Part shown: positions 13,389 through 27,159 of the stretch, in pieces
How positions within the stretch are numbered: position 1 is the stretch's first letter
Layout: every line of letters begins with the position of its first letter
NCBI GenBank assembly: GCA_030704615.1
Contig: CM060732.1
Span: 76,012,001-76,076,000, forward strand
Reading direction: 5' to 3'
Length of the DNA stretch: 64,000 nucleotides
Source: Takakia lepidozioides
Taxonomy: Eukaryota; Plantae; Bryophyta
Notes under the pieces: generated by a model
Told to the model about the DNA's origin: nothing
Database searches by the model: none
The model's input: the letters and a program-made list of their open reading frames with translations, nothing else
Position numbers and translations under genes: made by a program

Positions 13389-13844
13389 TGTGGCAGTACT
13401 GCACAAGTTTCCACCACCTTCGATAGTCATTTCCCAGTCATTTCACTCATTTCACTCAGTCAGTTGACCCGTGTAGATGCAAATATCATGAATATTTCTA
13501 ATTAGTCTTGACCACATGACTGTGCAGGCAATCAACTTGATGCAATAATTGATAAAGATGCTACAAGAAGGGAGCACAAAGGATTGAGGAGGAGAAGAAA
13601 AAAGCTAGAGATAATGTCTGAGCAGTCCTCATCCTCCCGGCCTAATCGACTACGTCAAACCTGGATCAATCAGAAGCTGACCAACAGAAACAGAAATCCA
13701 AAAGCTTTGAAAAATGTTACTCACACAATGCGGGATGGGGGCGGAATGTTGAACGGATCGACCAGCGTGCTAAGGATGCGCAGCAACAGGTAGTCGACGT
13801 AGGATCGATGAAGGGCAGGATGGTAGAAGCAGAGGCCTGTAGCT

Positions 13845-13854
13845 CTTTATATAC
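13845..13854 (-). promoter_or_regulatory. Putative TATA box of the left phytocyanin gene
   Basis: GTATATAAAG on the minus strand ~460 bp upstream of the ATG. Conserved at ~46270 (minus) and ~49588 (plus). Confidence 0.5.
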
Positions 13855-14815
13855 AGACCTGCTGGCGCTCGGAAGCTTTGCGTACCTCTCTCGGGGGCTG
13901 CGATCACCGAGCCTGCCGAGAAATATCTGGAAGCAGCGGTACACCCAGAATTAGAGGAGATCGTGCAGATAAATAATATATTCTGTTCAAACTACCGAAA
14001 ACAAATGAGGTAGTTTAGTTGTATTCTAAAAATAGTGTTGGATATTCCATTTCTCAGTAACAGAATATACTGGAGTGCCACCCAGTTGATTCTGGGTTCA
14101 CAAGTGTCCACCTTCCCACCGAAAAGTTGTAGCCCTTCGGCGGGGTTAAGTGACATTTGCTTTTGAACGTATATTATGTATTTTGCATATCCTGTTACTG
14201 AGAAACAGAATATCCAGCACTATTCCTAGAGTACGAACTAACTCATTATTTTCGGTAGTTTGAACAGAATATACTATTTATACCGCTGATTCGAGATATT
14301 TCTCGAGAGACTCGGCGATCGCTGCCCCCGAGAGAGTACGCACTCCTGAGCAGCAGGTCCTGAGCATACTCTTCGACTTCCTGTTGCTGCAGCAGCGCAC
14401 ACCGGGCATGCTGGTCGATCCGTTCAACATTCCGCCCTCCTTCCGCATTGTGTGAGTAAGATTTTTGAGAGCTTTTGGATTCTTGTTTCTGCTGGTCATG
14501 AGCATTGATTGATTCAGGCCGTTTGTTGATTGGTCCGGGAGGTTGCTGCTTAGACGTTACCTCTAGCTTCTTTCTTATGCTCCTCAATCTTTTGTGCTCC
14601 TTTTTCGCATCTTTACTTATGGCATTAGGTTGATTGTCTCCACAATCATGTGGTGGGGACTTAGAAATATGCGTTGATATTTGGAGACCTCCATGACACT
14701 ACAAGAGTTTCCATGTAAAATTTTAATGTAAGCTGTATGGGGTAAGGCAACCTGGACGTCTTGTTTCATGATTGAAATGACTATCGAGGGTGGTGGAAAA
14801 TTGTGCAGTGCTACA

Positions 14816-14985
14816 ATGGCATCTTTCATCAAAATGACCATGATGGTAGCCGCTACAATGCTACTGCTGCTGCCTGCAGAGGCTACTGCAGCGACGTGGA
14901 CAGTGGGTGGTAGCATAGGCTGGACCGACCCACCCAGTAGTGACTACAATGATTTCTACTCAATTTGGTCCAACAGCATCCACTT
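14816..14985 (+). pseudogene. Phytocyanin exon 1, truncated by a retrotransposon
   Basis: MASFIKMTMMVAATMLLLLPAEATAATWTVGGSIGWTDP..FYSIWSNSIHF, then unrelated sequence. Confidence 0.85.
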
Positions 14986-16860
14986 TTTAGAATTTCAAGA
15001 ACGTGCTATCAATCAAGAGCATTCAAGGAAACTGCCTACAATGTTAGCAAAACATTTACTGCAGAGTCCTTTATAAGATGTTTAACACAAAACCTTGCAG
15101 AGACTACCAAGCAGGAACACCTATCGTAAGAATCAAGAAGCATCGAAACCAATCGAAGAAGACACTAAGTAGTAGCACAGATGAATAGTCAGTCACTAAA
15201 CCTAATGAAGTATTTAACTACAAGCTATACTGAACGTAATGTAGTGTTTAACTATAAGCTGTACTATAAAAGCTGAGTGCACTGCAAGACAGTTTAGCAG
15301 AGTGCGCATGTGATTGAACTTGTCCAGAGTAAGGCCTTTGGTAAACACATCAGCCAACTGATCGTGAGTAGAAACGTATGAAATCAAAATTTCACCATTG
15401 GACTGGTATTCGCGAATCATGTGGTACTGCAGATGAGCTGATGTCGGACGGTCTGAAAACTTGGCTGCATTACTGACAGCGAATGTAATATCAGGACGAG
15501 TCCCAATACTGGGAAATTGGAGACTGCCCAAAATCTCTTTATAAGGGAAATCTGTGTGAAGAGAATTAGTGCCTTTGGAAAGCAACGCATTTGGGTCAAC
15601 AGGGATCGAAACAAGATGAGCATCTTGAAAACCATAGCGCTTTAGAATACGCTGTAGATAAACTTCCTAATCGAGAGAAAGTGTCTTTTGGGAGCGATTT
15701 CTCCGAGAGTCTTCACGGAAGATCACATCTCTGCTGACAATAACACGTTAGGTACCTCTATCCCAAAGTAAGTAAATAAGTACTTCTATCCCAAAAATGA
15801 TATCCCTTCGATGAATCATCGTAGCCACAAAAGACACTGGACTTACTTTCAGGTTGGAGCTTGGTTCTCAATTCCTTTGGAATATGCAGTATAGGCAGCT
15901 TCACCCCAGAACTTAATTGGCATGCCACTAAAATATAACATACTTCGAACACTCTCGACGATGGCCCGATTGTCACGTTATGCCACTGAGTTTTGTTCGG
16001 GTGTATATGTTGTGGTTAATTCATGATGAATCCCTTCATCGTTCATAAACTTCTTGAACTCTTCACTGAGAAATTCTCGGGCACGATCAGTCCTAAGAAT
16101 ACTGATAGAATTACCCGTCTCTCTCTTTGTGGTATGAAACATACGCTTAAAACAAAGAAGCGCTTCATCGTGAGACTTCATGCAATAGAGGATACGGTAT
16201 CCGGAGCAATCATCCTTGAAAAGTATGAAGTATCTCATACCTCCTAGGGAAGGAGGAAATGGACCACATATGTCCATATGAACCAAGAATCCCGGTGTCG
16301 TGGCTTTGTCACAAATAGGATTCACAGGGAATGGTGAACGATGACTTTTGCCAAGTACACAGCCAATGCAGAATTCTTTGTCTCTCTCACCAGAAATGAT
16401 GAGGCCGTCAACCAATTTGTTAGACTCCATCTCCTTAATCATTGCATGATTGAGATGAACCAGTCTGTTGTGCCAAGTAGTGATACTTTGGGTACTGTCC
16501 ACCTTCGTAGGAACGCCAATGGTGTTAGCAATAATGTTGTCAATGGATTCACAGTAACCTCCATTTGCAATTCATACATGTGCTCTGCAATAAGTAATCC
16601 AGTCATGATGATTTCTCCACGATGACTAAGAGTGCAACCACGTTTGTCTGTAAATGATACCTATGATACCTTTCTGCACGGCTGAAGCAATGGAAAATAG
16701 ATTTCTCCGCAAATCTGGAACGTAAAGCACGTCATGTTGAACTCCCGTGTGTCACTCATTATTTACAAACATGCGCACATCAATGTCACCGTGAGCCACA
16801 ACAACAGTAGAAATATCCTTGATTGCATGAACTCTCCATCCTGGTTTTAGATTCTTAAAA
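14986..16860 (-). mobile_element. Ty1/copia remnant with internal deletions
   Basis: VLYVPDLRRNLFSI; GAG-pre-integrase TWHNRLVHLN; integrase CIGCVLGK, LVHMDICGP, LRTDRAREF, YTPEQN; RT TRPDITFAVS; RNase H DQLADVFTKGL. Confidence 0.92.
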
Positions 16861-16864
16861 ACCA

Positions 16865-18060
16865 TCTTTTGCTCATTTCAAGATTTTTGGATCAGATGCC
16901 TATTCTCACGTTCCAAAGCAAATGAGATCAAAACTCGATCCTAAGTGCAAGAAATGTACATTCATCGGTTACTGCACCGAGTGCAAGGCCTATAGACTCT
17001 CAATGACACTAAGAAGGTAATGATCAGCCGAGATGTTGTGTTTGATGAGGGATCATACACATCTATCACACAACCATTGCAAACTCAGAACGGAGTCTCT
17101 TTCATGGATCTGTGTGACGATTTTGCAGAGCCATTGGGAATACCTGAACCAGTGGGAGCAGTGCAAATAGCTGCAGAGGCAACACAAGAATTGATGGGAG
17201 ATCAAGAAGGAAGGAATAATGAGCAAGCGGTGATCAATGAACCAGTGGGAGTGCTGGAAGTGGTGCTTGATGGATGTGTACAGGCAGTGCCATGTGACCT
17301 AATCGCACAATCAGAAGTGGTGCTTGATGGATGCGTACAGGCAGTGCCATCTGACCGCACAATCTGAAACTCAAACACGGCGGGCAGCAATAAGATATGG
17401 TGATTGGGCTTACTTTGCAGAGATGCAGAGATGCACTCTTTGGCGGAGTAGCTATTTGAAGAGCCCCGTGATTATTGGGCTGCGATCAATCGAGTTGAAT
17501 GGAAGCAGGCCATGTAGGAAGAGTTTAATTCTCTCATGCGAAATGAGACATGGTTTCTTACAGATTTGCCACATGATCGCAAAACTATGCAATGTAAATG
17601 GGTTTTCAAACTGGAAACGAAGTCAGATGGGACAGTGGAGAGATACAATGCACGATTGGTTGCCAAGGGTGTCTCACAAGAGTATGGCATTGACTATGCA
17701 GAAACGTTCTCTCCTGTTGCCAAGTATGATTATATTCGCACCATTCTTGCGATTGCAGCATCTGAGGATATGAATATCATGCAGTTTGATATCAAAACAG
17801 TTTTTCTCTATGGAGAATTAGACGAAGAAATCTACATGATGCAGCCGCCGGGTTTCATAGCACCAGGGACAGAGCACAAGGTATGCAATTTGAAGAAATG
17901 TCTCTACGGCCTCAAACAAGCTTCACGCCGCGTTTGGAATGTGAAGTTTGATAACTTTTTGATCAGGTACAATCTAGTACCCAATGCAGCAGATCCTTGC
18001 ATTTACTATAGTAAGGAGGAGCCGGAAATCATCACATCCCTCTTTGTGGATGATAGCCTA
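16865..18060 (+). mobile_element. Second Ty1/copia fragment (integrase C-terminus and RT), opposite orientation
   Basis: RSKLDPKCKKCTFIGY, ISRDVVFDE, CKWVFKL, YNARLVAKG, GIDYAETFSPV, LYGLKQAS, LFVDD. Internal 57-bp tandem duplication at ~17255-17370. Confidence 0.92.
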
Positions 18061-20960
18061 GTATCACTGCTCTATCTTTATTTCAACCAAAGCACCAGTT
18101 CTGTCCAACCAGTTCTCAATTTCTATACCTTAAAGCCATGTACAGTTGATCTCATTCCAAAAGCTCAAAGGAAGGAGCTGTCCACTTGATTATTTCAACA
18201 GGGAAAATCAACGCACTCCTCTGCTCACTTTCATAGGGATTCCAGTCAGTTCAAGCTCAGTGTAAACCGGACCAGAACTCTATTCACAGCCTGTACACTC
18301 TAGGTAGAGAAGGTATTACTTCTGATTTCAGTCAGCACGAAACCCTACAGCTCCTCTCTACCTTATCTATTCCTGACAGCACAGTATCGGATTACTCCTC
18401 CGGTCCACCCAACCGCCACACCATGCTATACTCTCATCTCCTCTATGCACAATCACACATCATTTTCAGATCTCAGGCCCTCTCTTCAAATCATCTGTCC
18501 TTCATCTCAATTCAGGCATGCTCCAAAAGCCCGAGCTGCAACCATACTTTTTCTTGTCGTGCACCGCCTCTCTTTCTTCACAAATCCCTAGATTCTTGAA
18601 ACCACCAGCTTGCCCAGTTCTTGTCACCTGCAGGTGTCCGTAAAGATCAGCTTTGCAGGTTCAGCGGTTACGTTTTTTTTCTGATGGGTTGGTCCGCTGT
18701 TCCAGTCCGGGCTCCATAGGCACCTAACAAGCTCCCCCTCCCAAAGGCAGGTCATTGTCCTCAATGACAGAAAATGAGGGGTAATTCAATGTAAGTTCAT
18801 TCTCTTTTTCCCAAGTAGCCTCTATTTCTGGGTAATGCAACCACTTAATTAAATGTTCTTTCCAAGAACGGTTGTGCAGGTGCTTGACTCGCGTTTCTAG
18901 AATCTTTTCGGGTTCAGCCATCAGCTAACCATCGTTCATAGCTTGAGGCAACGTCGGCAAGATGTGCGATGGGTCTGACAAATACTTCCGAAGAAGGCTG
19001 ACATGGAAAGTTTTATGAATCTTCCATGTTGGAGGCAGATCTAACTCATAGGCCACTGTGCCATGGCGTTTTAGAACCTTGAATGGGCACAAAAACCTTG
19101 GTGATAGCTTGTAACACTTGCCAAACGTTAGATTGCTTCTCTTAGGTGTAACCTTTAAGAACACCATATCATCAACAACAAATTCACGAAAAGTCTTGTG
19201 CTTGTCAGCAAAGAAATTGGTCTGTTCTTGTGCAGCTTGCATACTACGCTTCACCAAATCTAGGACAGAGTGGATCTCTCTGATTTTGTCATTCACACTC
19301 TGCACATTTGATGGTGGTGCAATAATCGAAGCAGGAGCTAAGCAATCTCGTCCATATAAAGCTTCGAACGGACTCATGCCAATGGCACTGTGGAAATGCT
19401 TGTTATAGGCAAATTCCACTAAGTATAGAAATTGTTCCCAAGAGGATTGTCTCTCACCAACGTATATTCTCAACATATCCTCAATTGTACGATTGGTTCT
19501 TTCTGTCTGAGCATCTGTTTCTGGGTGAAAGGTTGTACTTAGTCTCACCTTGGTTCCCAATTTCTTGAACAAGTCAGTCCAAAATTGACTTGTAAACTTT
19601 GAATCCCTGTCGCAAATAATCTCACGAGGCAGACCATGAATCCTGAATATCTCTTTCATGTACAGGGATGCAACATCCGATGCCATAGCACTTATCCTTA
19701 TAGGTATCAAATGGGCTATCTTAGACAGCCTATCTACAACCACCATGATACTGTCATGGCCATTTTTGGTCCTGGGCAAAGCCACAATGAAATCCATGCT
19801 AATGGATTCCCAATTACATCTAGGAACAAATAAAGGTTGTAATAATCCAGGAGGTCTGACTCTTTCTGACTTCGAAACCTGACAGGGGAAACATTTCTGC
19901 ACATACTCTTTGATTTCTCTCTTCATACCCGGCCAAAAGTAGTGCTTCCGTATTGACCAATAGGTTCTCTGAAAGCCCGGGTGTCCGGAGATTGGAACAT
20001 TATGACTATCATGAATGATCCACAATCTCAGGTCTGGGATCATGGGAACACACAGCCGACCATTATAGAATAACATTTCATCTCTCAAGAGGGTACGGCC
20101 GATATTTCTCCTTCTCACTGGAAGTCCTCTGGTCACGAGACAAACTCTTAAATGGTTTTTTGAAGAATCCATCAATTTCATACCAACCTTTAATATCCTA
20201 GAATATAGTGCTACTGATGCACGAGACAACAGTAACTTGTAATGGTCTCCTAGAAAGTGCATGGATCCGCAATCACGTTCTCTCTTCCCTTGACATCCTT
20301 CAGGTCATAATGAAATTGTTGAAGCAGTTCTGACCACCGAATCTGTCTTTGGCTCAAATGAGGCTGCGTGGTCAAGTACTTCAAACTCTGATGGTCGGTC
20401 TCTATTACAAAATCAACTGGAAGCAGATAATGCCTCCATATTTTTAAGGCATGAACTATTGCCAACAGTTCCTTCTCATGAGTCGGGTAATTCTTCTCTG
20501 TTGGACTGACCTTTCGATATTCATATGCAACTACATGCCCATCTTGCATCAACACAGCCCCGATAGCAAGATCACTTGCATCAGTACAGAGTACAATTGC
20601 TCCCTTGGTAGGGTCAAGCAATTTCAGTACAGGAGCGTGTGTCAAAGCAAATTTCAATTTTTCAAAACTGTTATCACATTCTCCTGTCCAGACATCTCTC
20701 AAGCTTACAGGACTTGAGTCCCTAAGTAAGTTAGTCAACGGAGCTGCAATTTGTGAAAAAGACTTGACAAACTTCCACAGGAAGCTGGCAAATCCAATAA
20801 AGCTCCTGACCTCTGTCTTATCACTTGGCTTAGGCCACTCAGCCCCTGAAACTAACACCTTATCAATCAATCAAAAGCAAGATACTCTACTCTAAAGTCC
20901 TGACTCTAACACCATTAATTTTACTCTCATGCCCAAGTAGCAGCACTCAAATTTGCTACA
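18061..20960 (-). mobile_element. Ty3/gypsy chromovirus remnant: RNase H, integrase, chromodomain, PPT and 3' LTR
   Basis: TDASDLAIGAVL, NYPTHEKELLAIV, GHPGFQRT, WESISMDFI, HPETDAQTERTN, GPY/F-like module, chromodomain PEKIL..LIKWLHYPEIEATWE. Purine tract GGGAGGGGGAGC followed by an LTR starting TGTTAGGTGCC at 18729. Confidence 0.93.
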
Positions 20961-23706
20961 CCTATGGATAAGATGATAGACAAGAGCGATTCAAACCACC
21001 TAACAAGAAAACTAGGATCCATCCCTGTGGAAACCTCTGTGGAAACCTATGTTGCAGAACCAACCATACACTAGTTAGTGTACCAATTATGCATAGCAAA
21101 AACACTAATGCAAACTGGCTAATTGCAGAGAATAACCAGAAGACGCTCACAGGCTGGTACAGACCCGACATGCAATCAAAGCTATGGAAGATGAGTGCAC
21201 CACCACCAGGCTTAACAGCAGGAGAAAACATGGACGAAGACATATGTTTCATTGGAAAACAAGAGATGGCTGCATGTTGAGCACAAAGTCATAATAAATG
21301 GGAAAACGCCAAGGAGCACACTGGCAGCACAAAATCACACAGAAGATGAGCACATGTCGCCTGCTGAACGCGGAATACTGAAGGGCACACTCGCAGCACT
21401 CAACTCTGTCAGCCCAGATCTGAACAAAGAAATATGGAGAATGATGAAGCTATTCGATTGTGGAAGTATACGCACTGCCCCGTTATGACTAATCTCTACC
21501 GTGCTCAAAGCTTGAAAGTGTTATTGCACTCACTGCCTTCAGCGTTACTTGAAAATCGATTGCAATGTTCTATCCATAACTTATCAAAATTCACAAGAGC
21601 CATTCAGTGCTATGCTAAAAAACTCAAGGTGATATCACAACAATACACTGCTAAAACTCTGAAAGTCTTACTGCGTTCCTTTCTGCTAATACGAGTGGGA
21701 AATCAATTGATGTGCTACACCAACACGATATCAAAATCCAAAACTGTCACATGCTGTTATGATCAAAAACGTAATGTGATGGTATCTCAGGTCTTAACTA
21801 CAATAGGGCAGATTCCTTTGTATACAAACCTAGGATTTCTGGATAGGGGAAATTTTGATTCTCTAATTTTGATGAATCAGCCCCAAGCAGGAGCAACCAT
21901 CCTGCTCGTGCAACAAGCTTTTACTAAACTGGTAACCTTTGTGCTGTGTGGAGGGGCTCTAAGTAGACACCAAGGCACTGAATATAGAGGCTTGCTCTCG
22001 ATGGACTGCCTTACAGTCATAAGCATTAAATCACTGAGAGATAATAGAAGCACACTGGTAGAACTCTTCTACAGGTGGTCTACAGCGATTACACAGATGT
22101 TGACTCCCTCTCAACCAGGCTATATGCTACTGGTACTAACAATACAGAACAGTGTAAATCATCACCACAATCATAAATTTGTCAATCAGTGCCACGATCA
22201 GAGACTACACACAACAAATACATAAGACCAAATAAAACTGAGCCCACAATCCTGGCCTGTCTAAGGCATAGGCCTGCTGGTCATATGATTCATAGAATAG
22301 CTAAATTAAATCCCAGTAGGTCATGGAGACCTCAGATGCACAACCCTTTGGGAACCAAACTCAGTACCGCACAAAGCATCGCATGCCAATCCCAGAAACG
22401 GCAAAATGACAACTACAAGCGAGGAAAGCCACAGTACATGCTAATGCGAATAAATGTGAAGCCCCAATACATATCAATGCCGTTCCAGTACAACTTGTCT
22501 ACCACTACCAAACCCAAGCCTGAACAGAGCCCTATTAAAGTAGCGCATCCCCCAACAACCCTGCAACGGCGATATCTAGATAACCCCACCAGTGCCAACC
22601 AATGCCTTGCCCAAAATCTGCAAGTTTTCCTGTGTTATCTGTCAAGGCAAAGGGTTCGAAGGCAACACTATACAAAGGTGCTATCAAGGATCAACACTGG
22701 CACCCAAAGCTATGATCAAATATTCTTAATGTTACAACAGCTCAGGCCACACTATTCTGACCACTCTACTGTTAACACACAAAGCTCACAACATACGGCT
22801 ATGGTAGCAACTGTTCAATTCAACCCTAGTGGTGCCACATGGGGAAAACATTGCCCTCTTCGGTATGCTGCCATAAGTTGGTATGTATAAGAAAACCGTA
22901 TGAAGGAAGTAGCCCATAGAGGAAACCTTGATGGAAAGTGGGCGGCAGTCCATAAACCCCATATATTATGTGCAACATGCGTGCACAAGAATAGACAAAA
23001 AACAGGAAACTTCAACTTTGTCCCGCCACCATATGATCCTGAACTACTCTCCCTCACCATGACAGGGGAGCAGCCCCAGACACCGGCAGCCACGGGAGCT
23101 GATTGCATAGAGCGCACAACAACAGTGGACATACACATGCAGACCGCCAATGAGTAGGCACATGGATAGCATATTCAACAGCCAAGACAGACTCAACGTA
23201 GCTGCCACCAAAAGCACCCTCAGATTATCACACAGAACTAGACTGTATGAGAGATACAATGCAATAACTCTTTTTCTTATGCTATGTAACGCCCTTTTTA
23301 CATCACACCGTGGCGTAGATGCTGCCAACAGATCCTATAGTGTCTGCTCATCTGCTGCAATCTGCAATCCTAAATTGTACTACAATCCTACTCCAAATGG
23401 ATCTGCTGCAGCCCCACTAACCCTCCCCACAGAGGCTGGCTTCTCTGTCCCCAAAGCCCACAACAATGTTTGGTTGATGCCCCGCAGAGATACAATGTCC
23501 TGGTACAAGTGCAGCAATAAGAGATCTGCACAACAAGAACGTCTTGCACCAAAGTAGCAAACACACCGTACAAATAAGGACCAATGAATGCACCATACGT
23601 GCACCTTGGATAGAGTCAGAGCACCCACCTTCTCTGCAGGTTCTGGCTGCTCAAAACACAGATTGGAAAATGTCCCCATATGTGCAAGAAGATGCAACGC
23701 TATCAA

Positions 23707-24555
23707 CACTACAACAGATCGCGGTATTTATGACTGTATATATGACTATTCTACAGTCATAAACGGTACATATGACTTCTATGACTGTAAGTCGTGCAAA
23801 CCAAGTCAATACAATGAGTACAGGATGGTACGGTCCGGATGACTACAGTCAGATGAACCAAGTGATATCTCTCACTGCAGTCATATATACCATACTGCAG
23901 CCGCCGTTGCCGCGCCACGTGGCAAGGCGCAATTGATTTAAAAAATTAAATTAAATTAAAAAAAACTAATAAAATAAAAACATATGTCAAACGCCGCGTC
24001 GCACCGTATTGTGCCACGTGGCATAATGCATTTTATAATAATGAATTAACCACGTGGCAGTCCATCTAGGGTACCAGGTGCTATCCGTAGCTCGCCTACT
24101 AACCCTAGGGCCATTTTATCCATTTAATTGTACTTAGAGGAGTTTGAATTTGCAACCTCTTTATTATAAGAGTTATAGTTCACTACATGTTAACCAATAC
24201 ACCCATTAGTCATTCATATGATCATATGGTGTTTTAATTGTATTATACACACCAAATTACAAAATCCCCAGTAGTCATCATGACTATGTAACCTCATCCA
24301 TGTACACTGTAGTCATAGAAATGACTATGAATGGTGAGCTAAATCTGGTCAATTGCCGTTGACCAGCCTTCCGCCCATTCCGGAGCCATGTAGTCACACA
24401 GACGACTACTTAGATCGTCGTTCATATGACTACAGTCGTATGAACGACTGCGGGAGGTCAATTTCATATAAAAACATGGTGCAGTCATGGTCAAAGTCAT
24501 GAAAACCATGACTACCACGGTTTGGCAGTCATAACTACCGCGATCTGTTGTAGTG
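23707..24555. mobile_element. Complete non-autonomous CACTA element (849 bp)
   Basis: TIR CACTACAACAGATCGCGGTA at both ends (20 bp perfect, 30 bp with 1 mismatch), 3-bp TSD CAA, ATGACTA/TAGTCAT subterminal repeats, AT-rich core, no transposase. Confidence 0.96.
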
Positions 24556-26662
24556 CAATGATACTTGTCAAAAAACGAATGCAGTTACATATCCACACAC
24601 CATCAAAGCTCACCATTGTCACTTGCTGCTATGACCAAAAACTTAATGTGACACTACAGTACTGCCCGGCTCAAAGCCTGGAAATATCATTGCACTCTCA
24701 GTTGTCAAAGCTATTTGTAACTCGTATGCAGTATTATATTTATATACCATCAATGTTCAGAATTGGTACTCGCTCCCATGATCAAAAGCTCAAAGGAAAT
24801 CAGTACATGCTAATACCACTCTACTATGATCATTGTACTAATGCCATGCACAGGCCTGCACAGAGCCTAAAGGAAGCACCATATCCTCTACTACCACTGC
24901 AAGATAGCTTAGGGACCAGAACGCACAATAGTGCGCTAATTATAACATGTCTCGGCCAGTTAGCAGATTGGGGTGAAAGGACAACATGCCACCCTCAGCA
25001 AAGACTGCACACTCGGAAGCTTGTATCCAATGCTCATGCCGCTTTTTCAATACCCCCCTGTGACATAGTGCAAAAATATGCAATGGAACTACCTCCCCTA
25101 CTGCCAAGTCACACTAGCATCTATGTTGAAGCACAGTATGCCATAGGCCACTATGTCTGCAAGAATCCCAACGCCACATCCCCACCCAAAGGGCATATGT
25201 ACCCATCATGGTCACCCAATACTATGATCAATGTTTACCTCCACTATTACAAATTATGCGGCAGTTACCAGCCACTCATACAATTGCGGCCCATCTCCAG
25301 GTCCAAATGACACATACTAAGTGTTTTGTTCAAAAGCTTTAAAACTACTCATGGTTGTACTCATAAACCCCTTGCTATCCGGTATGCTCAAAAGCTACAC
25401 ATCTACAGAGCCGCACGCTAATTGTTATGCTAAAAACTCCTATAAACATTGCCATGTTGATTTGTCAACATATGCCCAAGGTTGTGCCCAGTTACATTGG
25501 CCAAACTGCACTGGCACCTCAAAGATTGGGCTCCAACATAGATCTGGGATCATGCTGTACATATTGCAGCAACCCCAACAGGGCACCATGCATAGGCTTG
25601 TGACTTCAACCGATAATATAAGCCCCTGCTCCAGTCAGAGACCGGAAATATCTCTGAAAGTGCACAATCTCTACACAGTGCAAGTCAGACTTAGAGAGGT
25701 TATGGTAAAGCTGCACAGGGGCATGTGCGATGACTCCGGCACCCAAATCTGCACATCTAATCCCTACTTTGTGAGGGCCCAATTACAGACCAGGCACACC
25801 AAGAGGCCCCATGGCAAACATGATTTCCTTCTCTCAGGTTTGAGAGTGATGCTTGGAGCAAAACCTGAGCTGACAATACCCGTTGAGGGGAGTAGCAACA
25901 CCAGCCAGTGGAGTGGTCTCTGGTGCAGGGCTGGCTGTTGCACAAGGTGGCAAATTTCTCAGCCGACTTCCCAAAGCACATTGGATTCAGATCACCATCA
26001 ACTATGCAGGTCTGCCAGCCAGTGCCCAAAAGCAGCTTCAGTACGAGTATGACAACATTCGAGAGGCCGATGCCGATGCTGGAGGCTGGAGGCTTCGGCA
26101 ACCTATCATCAAATGCTACACAAAAACTTGACTCAATCCCCCAAGCGTCAGCTTTATAGGAAGCGCCATCAACATCATTCTGAAACTACTTTTGGGCAGC
26201 ATGGCAATATTGAAGCAGATATTGAATCTTACATCGTCAGATTCTCTACCCCACCAAGTTCTTACGCCCTCCCCTGTCTATTCTATAATGTCACCCACTA
26301 CAATCCTCTTAACACCATCAGAAAGCAGCCCTTCTCTCATATGTATCTCTCCTTCCACGAAGCATACCCTGGCATCATTCCAAGAGTGTCGGATTGCAAC
26401 GTTATGATGCTGCAGCAGCAACACCCTTGCCGACAGTCTCTCACCATCAGGGCCAGCCATGGCCAAGTCACCAACATTACAGCATCTGGTGGCAACTTTA
26501 CTGCTGCTCAGGCCAGCCTCATCACGACATGGATTATGTTTGCAACATGGCAATGGCCACACGACAACCACTACAACCCGGGAGATCTCACTCTACCCCA
26601 GCCCCTCCTCATCCCGGAGTACAATACCAGCAATACACACTCCATATGGCAATTCATTCTAC

Positions 26663-26820
26663 ACACTGCCCTGGCGGATCTGGAAAAAAGCAAAGAGGTC
26701 CATGGCGACATCTTCAGAGCTGGAATTGTACCAACTGTCATTCTGAACAATACCCTGGCGGACATGTATGCAAAATGTGGGTGCATCGAGGATGCAAAGG
26801 GAGTGTTTGACACTATGGCT
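26663..26820 (+). pseudogene. Isolated ~158-bp PPR fragment
   Basis: TALADLEKSKEVHGDIFRAGIVPTVILNNTLADMYAKCGCIEDAKGVFDTMA, close match to ~747-904. Confidence 0.9.
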
Positions 26821-27159
26821 ACCTCTCCCCCTTACTTCAGATGCAATCTACTGCTTTATATGCTTGCTACCTGTATAATGAAATCTCTCACTCCTCGAGT
26901 GTACGTCCCAGCAACTTATGCCCTGCATGCTGGTTTATGTCTGAGTCATGCTAGTTTATGTCCTCTGATCATTTCCCGTCACATATGCACTGTCAAGGGT
27001 TTCTGGTATGGCATGGCACATCATGAAGCCCGCAGCCAACCTCTCCAAGATGTCATTTCTTCCTCACTTACAGATCTGGAATTGAATATGAATGCGGGAG
27101 ATTCACAGAATGGGCCTCAGTTTTGTGATGGGGCACTGCAAACTATTGCTCAATAGTGG

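Larger units (their letters stand above)
4365..14985. repeat. Segmental duplication copy A (F-box, PLATZ, CLC and MUS81 fragments, phytocyanin pair)
   Basis: Colinear high similarity to ~35376-47400 (from 5733 on) and to ~49960-55929 (F-box through CLC exons). Confidence 0.92.
13215..14985. repeat. Long inverted repeat, copy A (arms ~0.8 kb, spacer ~115 bp)
   Basis: 13215-14069 is the diverged reverse complement of 14185-14985 (ttctgttcaaactaccgaaaa / ttttcggtagtttgaacagaa). The right arm is cut by a copia remnant. Confidence 0.9.
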
